DNA from: Emiliania huxleyi CCMP1516 | Taxonomy: Eukaryota | Length of the DNA: 64,000 nt | Reading direction: 5' to 3' | NCBI RefSeq assembly: GCF_000372725.1 | Contig: NW_005202113.1 | Span: 186,001-250,000 of the forward strand | In this document: positions 44,688-56,505 of the stretch, one piece after another | Layout of the letters: the number at the start of each line of letters is the position of its first letter | How positions within the stretch are numbered: the stretch's first letter is position 1 | Translations under genes and position numbers: made by a program | The notes under the pieces: model-generated | Databases searched by the model: none | Told to the model about the DNA's origin: nothing | Seen by the model: the letters and a program-made list of their open reading frames with translations, nothing else

Positions 44688-46531
44688 TGAGATGCGAGAG
44701 TGGCGTTGCGCGTTTTGCTTTTGGCCCTCAGCCGGGAGGGGGAGGGGTGGTCAGAGAGACGCGGCGGGCCGGGGAGAGAGGGGACGCGCGCGCCTTCGAA
44801 TACTCACTCGTGGCGCCGGCCGGCTCGCAGGGGCCGCCAGCGCCGCTACGGAGGCGCTGCCCGCCGGGAAGGTGCTCGGGAGGGGCGCTGGTCACTCCCC
44901 GCGGCGGCGCCTGCGGCTGGAGGGACGTGGGCTTGGGCCGTGTGAGCAGCGCGGGCGAGAGAGGGACGGCGCGCGGCTCCCAAACGAGCCGCACGGGCTT
45001 CGTCTGGGCCGCCGAGGCCACCTCCTTGGTCGCGGCGGCGGGCGTGATGGCGAGGTGGGCCGAGGCAAGCGTTGAACGTGCCGCCATGCGCCCCTGAGGA
45101 GGGACGAGTGCGTGGGGTGCCACGGGGCGGGGGGAGCGGTGAGAGGAGAGCGGTGGGCACCCCCACGAGGGCTGCGCGGACGCCGCCTGACCCCCCCGAG
45201 CCCGCCGCTGGCGGTGTGGGGGCGGCACGGTCGAGCGCGCTGGTCGGGCGGGCCGTCCGAGTCGCCTGAGCGGTGCTCTGCCGGCCGGCGGACGCGCGCG
45301 AGGGTGGCCCGACAGGGCTCAAATTACGGAGCCGCTCCCCGGCCGTCCCGGGCGCCTGTCACGCAGGCCGATGGCCCAGCCGTCCTGTGAGTGGCTGGAG
45401 CGAAGGGGGGAGAGCTCAGGAGGGCGACGGGTCAGGGAAGGGGGCGGTGATGCGGTGCGGCGGGGTCTACTCGGCGGCGTGTAGAGAGGAGGTGCTAAAA
45501 GGCGACTATAAAGAGGCGTCTACGGGTGATATGGTGCGCCACGACGGCGGGAGAGCTCTCTCCCGCCGCCCCCGCGGGCCGCCCCGAGGGGCCGTGCAGC
45601 CCATGCCCTCAGGCGCCGCTGTCGCGGGCAGAAGCGCAGCCGGGAAGGTGTCTCGGGCGCCATCTAGAAGGAGCCGACCCGGTCGCGTATGGGAGGCAAG
45701 CGCGAGCGGGTGGAGGGCAGCCTCGACCCACCTACGGCGTTGTCGTGTTGGAGGGTGTGTGGGCGACCTTCCTTTGAATCAGGAGCGTCGCCGCGCGCCG
45801 CCATCGCCCGCCGTGTGCTTCTTTGCCGGTGAGCGCGCGACGCAGGCACCTATCGTCAGAGGGGGGGAGGGTGAAGCGCGAGCGTTTCGTCGACCTAGGA
45901 GCCGCGGCAAGCGGCATGTAGCCCACTGATAGCCCCGACCCAGGCCCCGTAGCTTCAGATCCCGAGCGCCGGGTCGAGATAGCCGTCGCGAGACCAGGAT
46001 TCAGGGTCGCGGGCGGTCAGCAGTCCAAGAGTCCAGTCGAGCGCCTAAAACAAACCATGCTGAAGGGTCGCAAAAGCGCGGCCCAGCCACCTCTCGGCGG
46101 TGGTCGACGGCTGTCGCGGAGCCCGACAGCCGCGACAGCGGCGGCCGAGCCAAGGCGGCGGCCGAGCGGATGCTGCTCGTCGAGCCAGCGGCTGCCGCTG
46201 GCGACGAGGGGGGTCCGGGACCGCGTGTTTGGGGGCGGGTGGTGCACCGGCTCGACGCCGGGCGAGCGCAGCGCCCTCCAGTCGGAGCGGCTCGGGCGAG
46301 CGAGGCGGTGGCTCTATGGGCGTTTAGAGGGGCGCCCATCGCTTCTCGCAGCTCTGCAACGCTGACTTTGGGGTTTCGACGATACGCCCGCAATATTTCT
46401 CAGATTTATTTTGCATGACCTGTAGGTTATTAGGCCCGCATGGCGCATGGCCCATGGCGCATGGGGGGCTGGCCCGGCTGGCGGGGGCGAGAGCGCTGTG
46501 GTCGGCCGCGCCGCGCCCCCGCGCCACGACT

Positions 46532-47562
46532 TCACCGGTCGGTCGCATCGGTCGATCCGGCCGAGTAGGCTCCAGCGCTGGAGGCGTAGCCAGAGAAGGT
46601 GACCGTGGAGCGCCGGATCTCGTGGGCGAGCAGCTCGTAGTCGTACCTGCTCACACCCGAGGCGGTGTCAAGAGGCGCTCTGCGCGGCCGGGCGAGTGCT
46701 CAGGCAGTGTCGCACTGGGCGCGCTGCTTCTCGCGCTCGAGCCGCTCTATGACGACGTCCGCACGCCGCCGCTCGACGTGGCGCGCGAAGAAGGCGCGGC
46801 GCAGGATGACCTCTGCGCAGTGGCCGATGGCCGCCCCCACGACGTTTGCAACCACCACGTACAGCGTGTCGAAGGGCTGGCCGAGCTGCGTCCAGCCGCG
46901 TGAGTCGCCTCCCCAGCCGGAGGTGGCGAGGGAGAGGGTGACGCAGGCGTGCAGCACGAGGCGGTACGCGAGGCCGACGTGCGACAGGTGCAGCATGATG
47001 AAGAGCAGCGCGAACTCGCCCGACCTGGCCAGTGCGGTGTCCTTTGCGACCTGCGGGTGCAGGCCCGGCACGGCGAGGGCGAGCCGCTGCAGCGAGGTGC
47101 CAACCACGATGAGCAGCGTCAGGATGCGCGATCCGAGCCATGCGCGCGCGCCTGGTCGGCGAGGTGGACGTGGATGGTGTGGCGGCTCAGGAGCTGAAAG
47201 ACGCACAGCGGCGCCCAGATCAGCGAGATGGGCGTCAGCGACGAGTCGTGTGCGACCGCCGCTATGTGGTGTGCGCCCATCAGCACAATGGCAAGTTGGT
47301 GAAGCAGGTAGGCGTCGCTCCAGCTGCGCCGCCGGAGCTCGGTCTCCAACGACTTGTCGCGGAAGCTCATTGAGAGCCAGTGAATCGTGCCGTCTGGTGT
47401 GCCGTCGTCAAGAACGGACGAACAATTTTCGTCAGGCTCGTTGTTGCCGGCACCCTCGGCGGCGGCGGCGGCGGTGCTGGTTGAAGCGTTGCTGAGCTCT
47501 TTCTTCACCTTACGATCACACCCACCGACGGTGTCGCCACTGAAGCGCACGCGCCGTGACAT
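46532..47562 (-). pseudogene. Multi-TM protein with a coiled-coil tail; apparent frameshift near 47140 (pseudogene or sequence error)
   Basis: MSRRVRFSG..WLSMSFRDKSLE..TM helices; frame switches at a GCGCGC run to LGSRILTLL..IERLEREKQRAQ, then an intron and YDYELL..*. Confidence 0.5.
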
Positions 47563-47714
47563 GGCCGCCAGGGGTGGCGAGGGAGCGGGCAAGCGGGCCG
47601 GAGTGGGAGGTGGTCCGGCAGGGGTGTTGGTCCGGGTCACGTCGTTTTCTTTTATGTGAGAGCCGAAGAATGAAATTGAAAGTAAAACACCAAGAAGCCA
47701 AAACGCGGGCGTCG

Positions 47715-49458
47715 TCAGTCGAAGTCGCGCTCGGCATGGCCGGTGGCCTCGTCGAGAGCGATCATGTGCGCCATGACGCGCTCCCGCTGCGCGTGCGCCG
47801 CCCGCGTCCTCTCCCCGGCGGCGACGGCGGCGCGCGCCGCCAGCTCCTCCTCCGACGGGCCGAGCGGGCGTCCGCCTACAGAAGAGGGAGCGAGAGCGTT
47901 CCGGGCTCTGCCTCCCCCACGCCTCTCGACTGCCGCCGCCGCTCTGCGCGCGCGGGGCGGGCGGGCGCGCCGTGAGAGAGCGGCGCGATCGACACCTGCG
48001 CGGCGCGGAGGGCAGTGGGGCGGCGTGGCGAGTGGGGCCGGTGGCGGCGGCGGCGAGGCAGGGCGCGGGCAGCAAGGAGGTGGAGGGTGGCAGGGGATGG
48101 GGGGGTGGCGGGGTGGAACGGCTCTCGCGTCGCGTCGGAGGAGGGAAGAGCAAGAGGGTGGTGAGATGTCAAATCTCGGCTAGATGTCGGCGCTCTCTCG
48201 CCTCTGTCGCGAGGTCGGAGAGGAGCGTGCCGTCGGTGTAGGACCCGTGCATGGACCCGTGCTGAGAACCGACCTGCGACCTTGTGGTAGATCCGCTGCA
48301 CCTGGGCGGCGGGAGTCAGAGGGGCTCGGGGGGTCGGCTTCTGCAGCGGGGCCCTCTAGGCGCCCGTGCCAGACACACCGCTGCTCGGCGCGGCGACGGC
48401 CTCCCCCCTCGCCGCCGTCCGCAGCGCCATCGCCCGCGTGGCTTCCTCCGCCGTCGGCGTCGTCGCCGCCGCCCCGGCTCCGCCTCCGCTGGCTCTGCCT
48501 CTGGTGCCTCTGGCGCGCCTGCGGGGGAGCCACGCGAGAAGAGCGGTGTGGCAGCCTTGCCTGTGGTGAAGCCCCACGTCGCGGCCTAACTCGGCGGGAG
48601 CTGGCGGGCGGTGACCTGCTTTTTGCGAGTCGCGAGGGCCGCCGCCGCATCTCCCGGCTCTGCCACGAGGGGGGGGCAAGGGGCGGGGGAGGTGAGGAGG
48701 CTCGGGCCCTGGCAGTCGCCCGCGGTGTGGCGACAGGGTCGGGGCACAGCGGGCTCCAGCGGCGGGGGGGGTCGGCCGGGCGCGAACCTTCCGACCCGTC
48801 GACTGAGCTGGCCGCCTCTGCCGCGCCGGGCGTGTTGCCGACTCCCCACAGCTTGGACGAGCAGCGGGGGCGGGCAATGTCGCTGGCGATCTCGCTGCCC
48901 CGCTCCTCCTCATCTGGCCCTGCGGGGCGGGAGGCGGCGGGAGCGGAGGGGTGGGATCACGGGGCGGGACTAGGCTCTAGGGGCGGGAGGTCTCGGGGTC
49001 GGATCCGTAATGGGGAGGGTGGCGGGGGGCGCTCGTGGGGGCGGCGGCGGGCGCAGCTCGCCGTGCGGGTCGGAAAAGACAGCCGCCGTCGCAGCGGCCG
49101 CGAGCGCGCGGTGCCCACCGTCCCCGCCGTCCTGCCGTGAACGCTGTGGACCCGCCGCGGACGGCCGATCGTCGTGCAGACTCCCTCCGCACACCGGGTT
49201 CTCCTCGTCCTCGTCCTCCAGCCGGACCGGTACCATGTGGCGAGGCAGCTGGACCGGTGACTTGCGAGCCGAGGCCCTGGCCCCGCCTGCTGCGAGGCCT
49301 GCGCCCCGGAGCAGGCTGACCGCGCCTCGAAGCCGCTCGGCAATCACGAAGCAAGCCGTGACCGGGCTGGCCACATCGGGCGGGACGACGGCCCGGAACA
49401 GTAAGAGATTGAGCGTCAGCGAGGAGACAAGCAGGACGGGTAGCAGGAGATCCCACAT
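47715..49458 (-). CDS. Hypothetical low-complexity multi-exon protein with an N-terminal hydrophobic segment
   Basis: MWDLLLPVLLVSSLTLNLLLF start; downstream exons and the 3' end are poorly resolved. Confidence 0.3.
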
Positions 49459-49535
49459 ACACCTGTCTGTGTGTATGTATATGTTTGACCGCGCTTAGCT
49501 AGTCGCCGTTCACATAAACGCACAACTCCGTCGCC

Positions 49536-49904
49536 GTTCACACAAAAATACAACCACGGACCCAAGACGCACAGCTCAGACAGTCGAGAAAGGGATAGAC
49601 CGCAACGACAGTCAGAAGTCAGCGCTGGGTCCCAGGGCGAATGCGATGACGGCCTCTAGTGTGAGCTCTAGCTAGTGAGCTCATCGCTACTAACTATATG
49701 CAGCGAGTTAGTTAGGAGCCGACCGACCGACCCAGCGACCCTCGCGTGCGTCCGGTGCTCACCGACGGCCGGGCGGGCCACCCGCCCACGCGCCGCCTAC
49801 GCGCAGCGCGTGCGCCGCAAACTCGCCCGCCGACAGCGCCGGCCAGTCGCCATCGGCCGTCGCGAGAGGCCTGCCCGGCTGTCGCCGCGGGGCCCCCACG
49901 AACA
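49536..49904 (-). mobile_element. 5'-truncated non-LTR retroelement copy flanked by an 18-bp direct repeat
   Basis: Near-identical to 63018-63371; AGTCGCCGTTCACATAAA at 49501-49518 and 49909-49926. Confidence 0.75.
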
Positions 49905-50035
49905 GTTCAGTCGCCGTTCACATAAAGGCGCCGCCAACGCAAATGGCAATGTTTTTCCGCTACCAGCACGCACCGTGACAGAATTGTGCACGCTTGGAAA
50001 ACGCTGTGCTGCGAAGAGCCAGCGGCCCCTTGGCC

Positions 50036-52474
50036 ATGCTCGTCGCTTCCGTGACTGGAGCCACTATCGCGGCCGGCGCGCTGTACCTGTACACGACGAG
50101 AGAGAGCTCTCCCGCGAAACTCATCGCGGAGAGCAAGCGGCTCTTCCGCAAAAAGGCATACGAGGCCAGCCTCGCTGCGGCGACCGAGGCGTGCCAGCTG
50201 GCGGCCGACGGCTCGCAGCATCGGACCGCGCTGCTGCACCTCGCCGCGCTTCACCACGCGATGAACAGATTCGACGACTCTCTCGCCACGCTTGACAAAG
50301 TCGAGGCTGTCGTGACGGACGACCTCGACCTGGTGCCGCTGCTCCACGCGAGGGCTGAGGTGCTCGAGGCGGCAGACAGGCCTCTCGAACTCGCGGCGGA
50401 GCAGCTCGCCCGTGCGCGCGACGTCCGACGGCGGGCTGCCGGACCCGAGTCGATGGAAGCGGCGTACGCTGCGTTCAATCTCGCCCGAGTGCTCACGCTG
50501 CAGTCGCAAAAGGCAGAGGACGCCGCGGCGCTGCTCCAGCAGGCAGAGTCGCTCGTGCTTGAGGCTCACGGCATCGCGCTCGCTGCCGGCGACGCGACTC
50601 AAGCTGCCACGTTCGTGGATGAGATCCTCGAGCTCCTCACCGCCGACTCCGCCGCATGCGCCACGGCCTCCCAGCTCCGCGCAGCCTACCTCGAGGCGAG
50701 CGGCGAGGAGTGGTCGCCCAAGCCACTGGACGTCCTCATCGTCGGCGCCGGCGCCTCGGGCGTCGGGATGGGGATCCTGCTGACCAAGGTCTTCCGGCTC
50801 CGGCCGCAGCGCGTGCTGCTCGTCGAGCGCGGGGGCGGGGTGGGCGAGTCCTTCCTCCGCTGGCCAAGAGAAATGCGCTTCATCTCGCCCTCCTTCAACC
50901 AGCAGGGCTGGACAAAGTCCTTCGACCTCAACAGCGTTGTGTACGGCACGTCGCCCGCATTCACGCTGCACGCCGAGCACCCCACCGGCGAGCAGTACGC
51001 CCGGTACCTCCGCGCACTCGCCGAGCGGGCGAAGCTCGCCGTCCGGACCGGCACCGAGGTGGAGGCGGTGAGGCGGCGGCCAGACGGCAGCTTCGAGGCC
51101 GCCTCGCCCCTCCGATCCGCCCGCCACCCGCTCCGCCCGCTCCGCCCGCTCCGCCCGCCCTGCGCCCCCCGGCTGACAGTCTGCCGCCGCGCGCTGGCGG
51201 CAGGTGGAGGTCGGCCCAAGTAATTAAGAGTTGACCCTGCTTTGCGCTGGCGCCAGGTGGAGGTCGGCCCGGCCGGAGACGACGGTGGCGGGGAGCGCAC
51301 GGTCCTGCGGAGCCGGTACGTGGTCTGGGCGGCGGGCGAGCTCCAATCCCCGCGCGAGAGGCGGACACATGTCCAGGACAAGTGACGACATGCCCGCGAC
51401 ACCCGTGCGTGCATAGGCGAGTTCCAGTACCCGCGCGCGAGCGGCCCTCTCTTCCCAGGCTGCGAGCTCTGCCTGCACAACTCCGAGGTCCGCAGCTGGA
51501 AGGAGCTGCCCGGCGACGACTTTGTCGTCATCGGCGGCTACGAGAGCGGGATGGACGCCGCGTCCAACCTCGCGGCGAGCGGGAGGCGCTTTCGCCGACT
51601 GAGCAGGGGCGTGCACGTTGATCAGGAAGAGAGGACGGCCGCCGCGAGGTAGGCGGTGCTCCGTCGTCTCCTCGACGGCCTACTGGCGCGTGGCCACCGA
51701 GGACCCCTCGACCGAGCTCGCTCCCTACACGGCGGAGCGGGTCCGCGCGGCGTGCGCCTCGCCCACCCCGCCGCGCCTGCTCGCGCCGCTGCGGGTCTTT
51801 GCGGTCGAGCGGGCCGGGCGAGGCGACGCGGGCGGATACGTCGTGCGGGCGCGGTGGGGTCCGCCGGCAGAGCACGCTGGCGGCGAATACCGGGCGCCGC
51901 TGCAGCCCGCCTCCGCTGCCGAGGAGGCGCCCGCCGAGGGGAGCGAGGTGTCGCTGTGCACGCCGCAGCCGCCGGTGCTATGCGCTGGCTTCGAGGGGAG
52001 TGTTCTCTCGGGGGTGGCGAAGGGCTTGTTCGAGTGGGGCGCGAAGAAGGAGAAGGGCAACCAAGACGAGGGCCCCGGCGAGGGCGGTGAGGGCGGCGAG
52101 GGCAAGGAGACGGGGGGCGAGGAGAAGGATGGCGCAGCTGCAGGGTGCGCCGAGGGCGCCCCGCTTCTCACAGAGCAGGACGAGAGCACAAAGACGCCGG
52201 GCCTCTTCCTCGTCGGGCCGGCCGTGAGGCACGGCGAGCTCTCCTTCTGCTTCGTGTACAAGTTCCGGCAGCGCTTCGGGATCGTGGCCGACGCCATCGC
52301 GCGGGGGCTTGGGCGCGACACGAAGGAAGCCGTCGAAGAGTGCCGAGAGGTGCGAAACGCCGCCGCCCTCCACCTCGCCCGCCTTGCGCCTACACTCGCC
52401 GTCGCCCCGCGCAGATGAATATGTTCCTCGACGACTTCGAGTGCTGCAAGGCGGCGTGCGGGGAGTCGTGCTAG
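50036..52474 (+). CDS. TPR-like helical N-terminus fused to an FAD/NAD(P)-dependent oxidoreductase (Pyr_redox_3-like), multi-exon
   Basis: DVLIVGAGASGVG, LLVERG, RWPREMRFISPSF, EHPTGEQYARYL, WAAGEFQYP, VVIGGYESGMD, PGLFLVGP, FCFVYKFRQRF; ends MFLDDFECC..C. Confidence 0.85.
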
Positions 52475-52703
52475 ACAGAGCGCCGTGTGGGGAGATATGA
52501 ACGCTGGTTTGGATTTTATCGAGCGTCCTCAAACGAATCCGTTTTTCTCCTGAGCCTTAGGGAGATTTGCAATCATAGAGCAAACAGCAAAGAGCAAGCC
52601 CCGCCCCTCGTACGTCCCTCGCACAGACATCTGAAAGGTGAAGGACCAGAGCTTCGAGCTCAACCTTCAAGCTTCATCGCCAATTTGCGCGCCACCTAGC
52701 AAC

Positions 52704-55414
52704 ATGTCCATGTTCAGCAACAACAGCCCCAACTCGCCGCTCTGCCCACCGCCTTCAAGGGACTACATCGCAAAGGCGCGCGCGTCGCCCAAGAAGCTCG
52801 CTCCACTCGTTCTGCCGTCCGCCGACCGCGACACCGGCGACGACGCGACCAATGTGCCTCGCGGCAAGATCGAGATGCAGCCTGCACTGCTCGCGGAGTT
52901 TGCCGGTCTGATCGATGCTATCGGTCCCGCCATCTGCCAGCTCCTGCCGGGCGAGGCCGGCCTCGCCAAGGGTCTCCAGCACATCTTCAAGGCCGTTGTG
53001 GACGCCGCGGGTGGCTCGCTGGAGGCCGTCACCTGCCTGCTCAAGGAGCTGTCCACGGGGCACCTCTTTGACGGCATCAAGCATTTCCTGAGCAACATCG
53101 CGACGACGGTTGGCTGCACGCTCGATCAAGTCTACCAGGCCGTGCAGGCGCTGCTCGGCGGTGTGGAGGACCTGACCGGCTCGATCGGCGAGATTGTTGA
53201 GTGCATCCTCAAGAATGTCGGCGAGCTGCTCTCCGAGATCAAGAATGGAGTTGTCGCGCTCCTCAAGTCCATCCTTCCGACCAAGCTCTTCGCCAGCATC
53301 GAGGCGCTCGTGGGCGGCATTCTCCGCGAGGTGTCCAACCTCGTCGACCTGCGCTGCCTCTTTGAGAACATCGAGCACCTCCTGTGCACGGTCTTCTCGG
53401 CGGTGCGCTTTCTGCTTCACAACGTCGCGTCGATCGTCTTCACCATCCTCTGCGACACAAAGAAGGTCGTGGATGGCGTCCTCGTTGCGACGGGCAAGGT
53501 TGTCAGCGACGCCATGGGCCTCGTCAAGGAGATCCTGGGCGACGTCTTCCGCCTGGTCAGGCACGCCCTGTGCGAGGTCGCCGTCTTCCTGCGGGGCCTC
53601 TTTGGCGGCGTCTCGGGCTTCCTCTGCCACCTTCTGCTCGACATCGAGCAGCTGCTCTGCTCGATCCTCGGCGGCCCGCACCACTGCCTCGGCGCCGTCG
53701 ACAAGATTGGCTGCGCCATCGGCAAGGTGTTTCCGGCCATCGAGCAGAGCGCGTTGTGCCTCTTCGGCCACATCCAGCGCAAGGGCGTGGACAGCAAGGG
53801 CGCGCTCAAGCTTTGCCTGCACGAGGTCTCTGGCAACTTCCTCTGCAATCTCTTCACCGAGCTCAAGGGCTTCCTTGAGATGGTTGCCAAGGCCGTCGGC
53901 TGCACACTGTCCGACGTCTTCGCGGCGGTCCGGATGATCCTGAATGGCGTCGCGTGCGAGACAAGCAAGATTGTGAGCTACATCCTCGCCAACGTGGGCT
54001 GCCTGTTGGATGGGATCAAGAAAGCCATCGGCTGCCTCCTCAAGAAGGTGCTGCCGGCGGGGCTCTTCTGCGGCATCGAGAAGCTCCTCTCCACCATCCT
54101 TTGCAGCGTCGCCAACCTGGTCGACCTGCGCAAGCTCTTCCGCGGGATCTGGGGCCTCGTCAGCGAGGTGCTCTGCTTCACCAAGTTCCTGCTCGCGGGC
54201 GTCGGCTGCCTCGTCCGGGAGATTCTCACCGAGAGCGGCGAGCTCGTCAACGGCGTCCTCTGCAAGACGGGCAAGGTTGTGCACAACACGCTCGAGCTCG
54301 TCAAGGAGGTGGTGGGCGACGCGCTGTGCTACGTGCACGGCCTGCTGCAAAAGGTCGGCTGTTTCGTGGAGGAGCTGCTGGGCAGCATCGACACCTTCCT
54401 CTGCTGGCTCTTCACCGAGGTGTCCAAGCTGGTGGGCGCCATCCTGCACGGCGTTTCGTGGATCCTCGGGCAGGTCAACAAGATCTTCCCTGCGATCTGT
54501 GCGCTGCTGCCGGGCATCGACTGCATCGTCAGCGACATCCTCTCGGGCGTCGCCTGCGTCGTCCAGGACGAGCTCGATCAGGTCAAGCTGCTTCTGGAGT
54601 CGATCGGCTGCGCCGTGGCGAAGATTCTGAAGCCGATCCGGTGCTTCCTCGAGATGATCGCCAAGGAGGTGGGCTGCACGGTGAAGGAGGTCTTCTGCGC
54701 CGTCAAGGCGCTGCTGTGCGGCGTCGGCGGTCTGGTCGGCAAGACGCTCAGGATTGTGCAGTGCATCCTCGCCAACGTCGGCCGGCTCGTTCAGGACGTG
54801 CTCGCGGGCGTCGTCTGCTTCCTGCAGAAACTCAACCTGCCGTCGATCGGCGAGAAGATCGCGGCGCTCGTCGGCACCATCGTCTGCGAGGTGAGGGACC
54901 TGGTGGACCTGCGCGGACTCTTCTGCAAGATCGCGGCGCTGCTGCACGGCATCTTCGACTTCACCTGCTGCCTGCTCAAGAATGTCGAGTGGCTAGTCTG
55001 CACCATCCTCGGCGACGTCACGGCTCTCGTCCGCGACGTGCTCGGATCGGTGCTGCACGAGCTGTGCGTGATCCTGGAGGACGTGGCCGTGTTTGTGTAC
55101 TGCACGCTCGGCGGCGTCAACTGCCTCGTGTCGGCCATCTTCCACGACGTCATCTGCCTGCTCAAGGGGATCCTTTGCCCGAAGCACGACTGCTGCCCCG
55201 GGACGGCCAAGAGAATGGGCTTCTGCTTCGTGTTGACCTGCTCAACGGGCTCAACATGGCCTTCGAGCCCTGGCTGGGATACATCAAGTGCGGTCCGGGC
55301 TACGGCCTGCTCGCGGTCCAGGTCAAGCCCTTTGGCGTGCCGCTGATCTACGGCAACGTCTGCGGCCCGGTGCCCTCCTGCCCGGCGCCGCCGCAGCCGC
55401 CGGCGTGCAAGTAA
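52704..55414 (+). CDS. Intronless Leu/Val/Cys-rich amphipathic helical protein with three ~260-aa repeats; probable frameshift near 55200
   Basis: Repeats anchored by A..VGCT(L/V) at ~53100, 53886 and 54660, and by NVG and LVDLR motifs; strong codon bias; the codon-biased tail continues in another frame to 55414. Confidence 0.7.
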
Positions 55415-55752
55415 AAAAAAAGGGCCACGGCCCGCTCACTGGGATCTCGACTAGCCCCCATGCATAGCCATAGCAGCATGTGCGGCGGAGACAGAGCACA
55501 GTTAGTCATGTGTGGCACATTGAGAGGTCGTGTGTGTCGTGCATGTGTGTGTCTGTCCTCATTGAGAGGTTTGTGTTGTCGCTGCATTGTTCATTCTAGA
55601 CCCCATTAGCACTCGACCTGGCAGCACCCGGAGATTGCGGTCTTACCAGGGTGCTACGTAGGGATGTTGGGGGGGGGGGGTGAAACTCGGTCGTCCCGCG
55701 CCTCCCATTGGCCAGCCGAAGCACAAGCGCGAGCTCCAGGCTCCACAAACGA

Positions 55753-56136
55753 ATGCCGCTCACGGCGCTGCTCATCTTACTGACAGTGCTCGAGCAGCCT
55801 GCTGATCGCACCGATCTCGAGTTCCGCCTCAGCCGTCTTGAGCAGCAAATGGCCGGGCTCCGGTCGCAGCTTCACAGTGAGAGAGAAGCCGCACAAAGGC
55901 AGCGCCGCCTATCAGAGGCATTCCCACAGACGGACGAGGAAGTGGCCACCTTCGAGATGATGGGCGAGCGCTCGCGGATGTCCTTTGGCGCGCTGGGGCA
56001 CGCGTCCTCGGTGCTGTTAGAGCACGTGGCTCCACGCCTCCTCGCAGTTAACGGCACAATCGACCTTGCAGACGATGTCCTCCTGGGCGGTGTCTCGTTG
56101 ATCCAGCTGCTTGCCGGCTGTCAGTGTGTGCCGTGA
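55753..56136 (+). CDS. Small hypothetical protein (hydrophobic leader + coiled coil)
   Basis: MPLTALLILLTVLE..LEFRLSRLEQQMAGLRSQL..RRLSE. Confidence 0.35.
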   Translation: MPLTALLILLTVLEQPADRTDLEFRLSRLEQQMAGLRSQLHSEREAAQRQRRLSEAFPQTDEEVATFEMMGERSRMSFGALGHASSVLLEHVAPRLLAVNGTIDLADDVLLGGVSLIQLLAGCQCVP

Positions 56137-56505
56137 CATACCTGCCACTGTCGGCATGAAAGAAACATGTCGAAAACAAGCATTGAACCGCTTAGACCCT
56201 ACCCAAGCGTCTGAGAGAGTTCCGTCGCTCGTCCTCTCTCGCAGAGAGGACTCAGTTTGCACGCAACATGGCCAAGCGAACACACACACCACGCGCCGCG
56301 CTGTACCGTCCTCCATGCCGATCATCAGAACTCTCGCCCTGCTGCTCCCATTGCCTGTGCTCACGATGACGGCAGAGCGCTCGTGAGGCAAAGGATCTGC
56401 TCGGCAGTCATGTCTGGCGGCCAGCCGGGGGGCACGGATCTCGTCTCGGTCGGCTTGGCCACCCGCACCTGAGAGGGCCACGCCACGGTTAGAGTAGTGC
56501 GGTAT

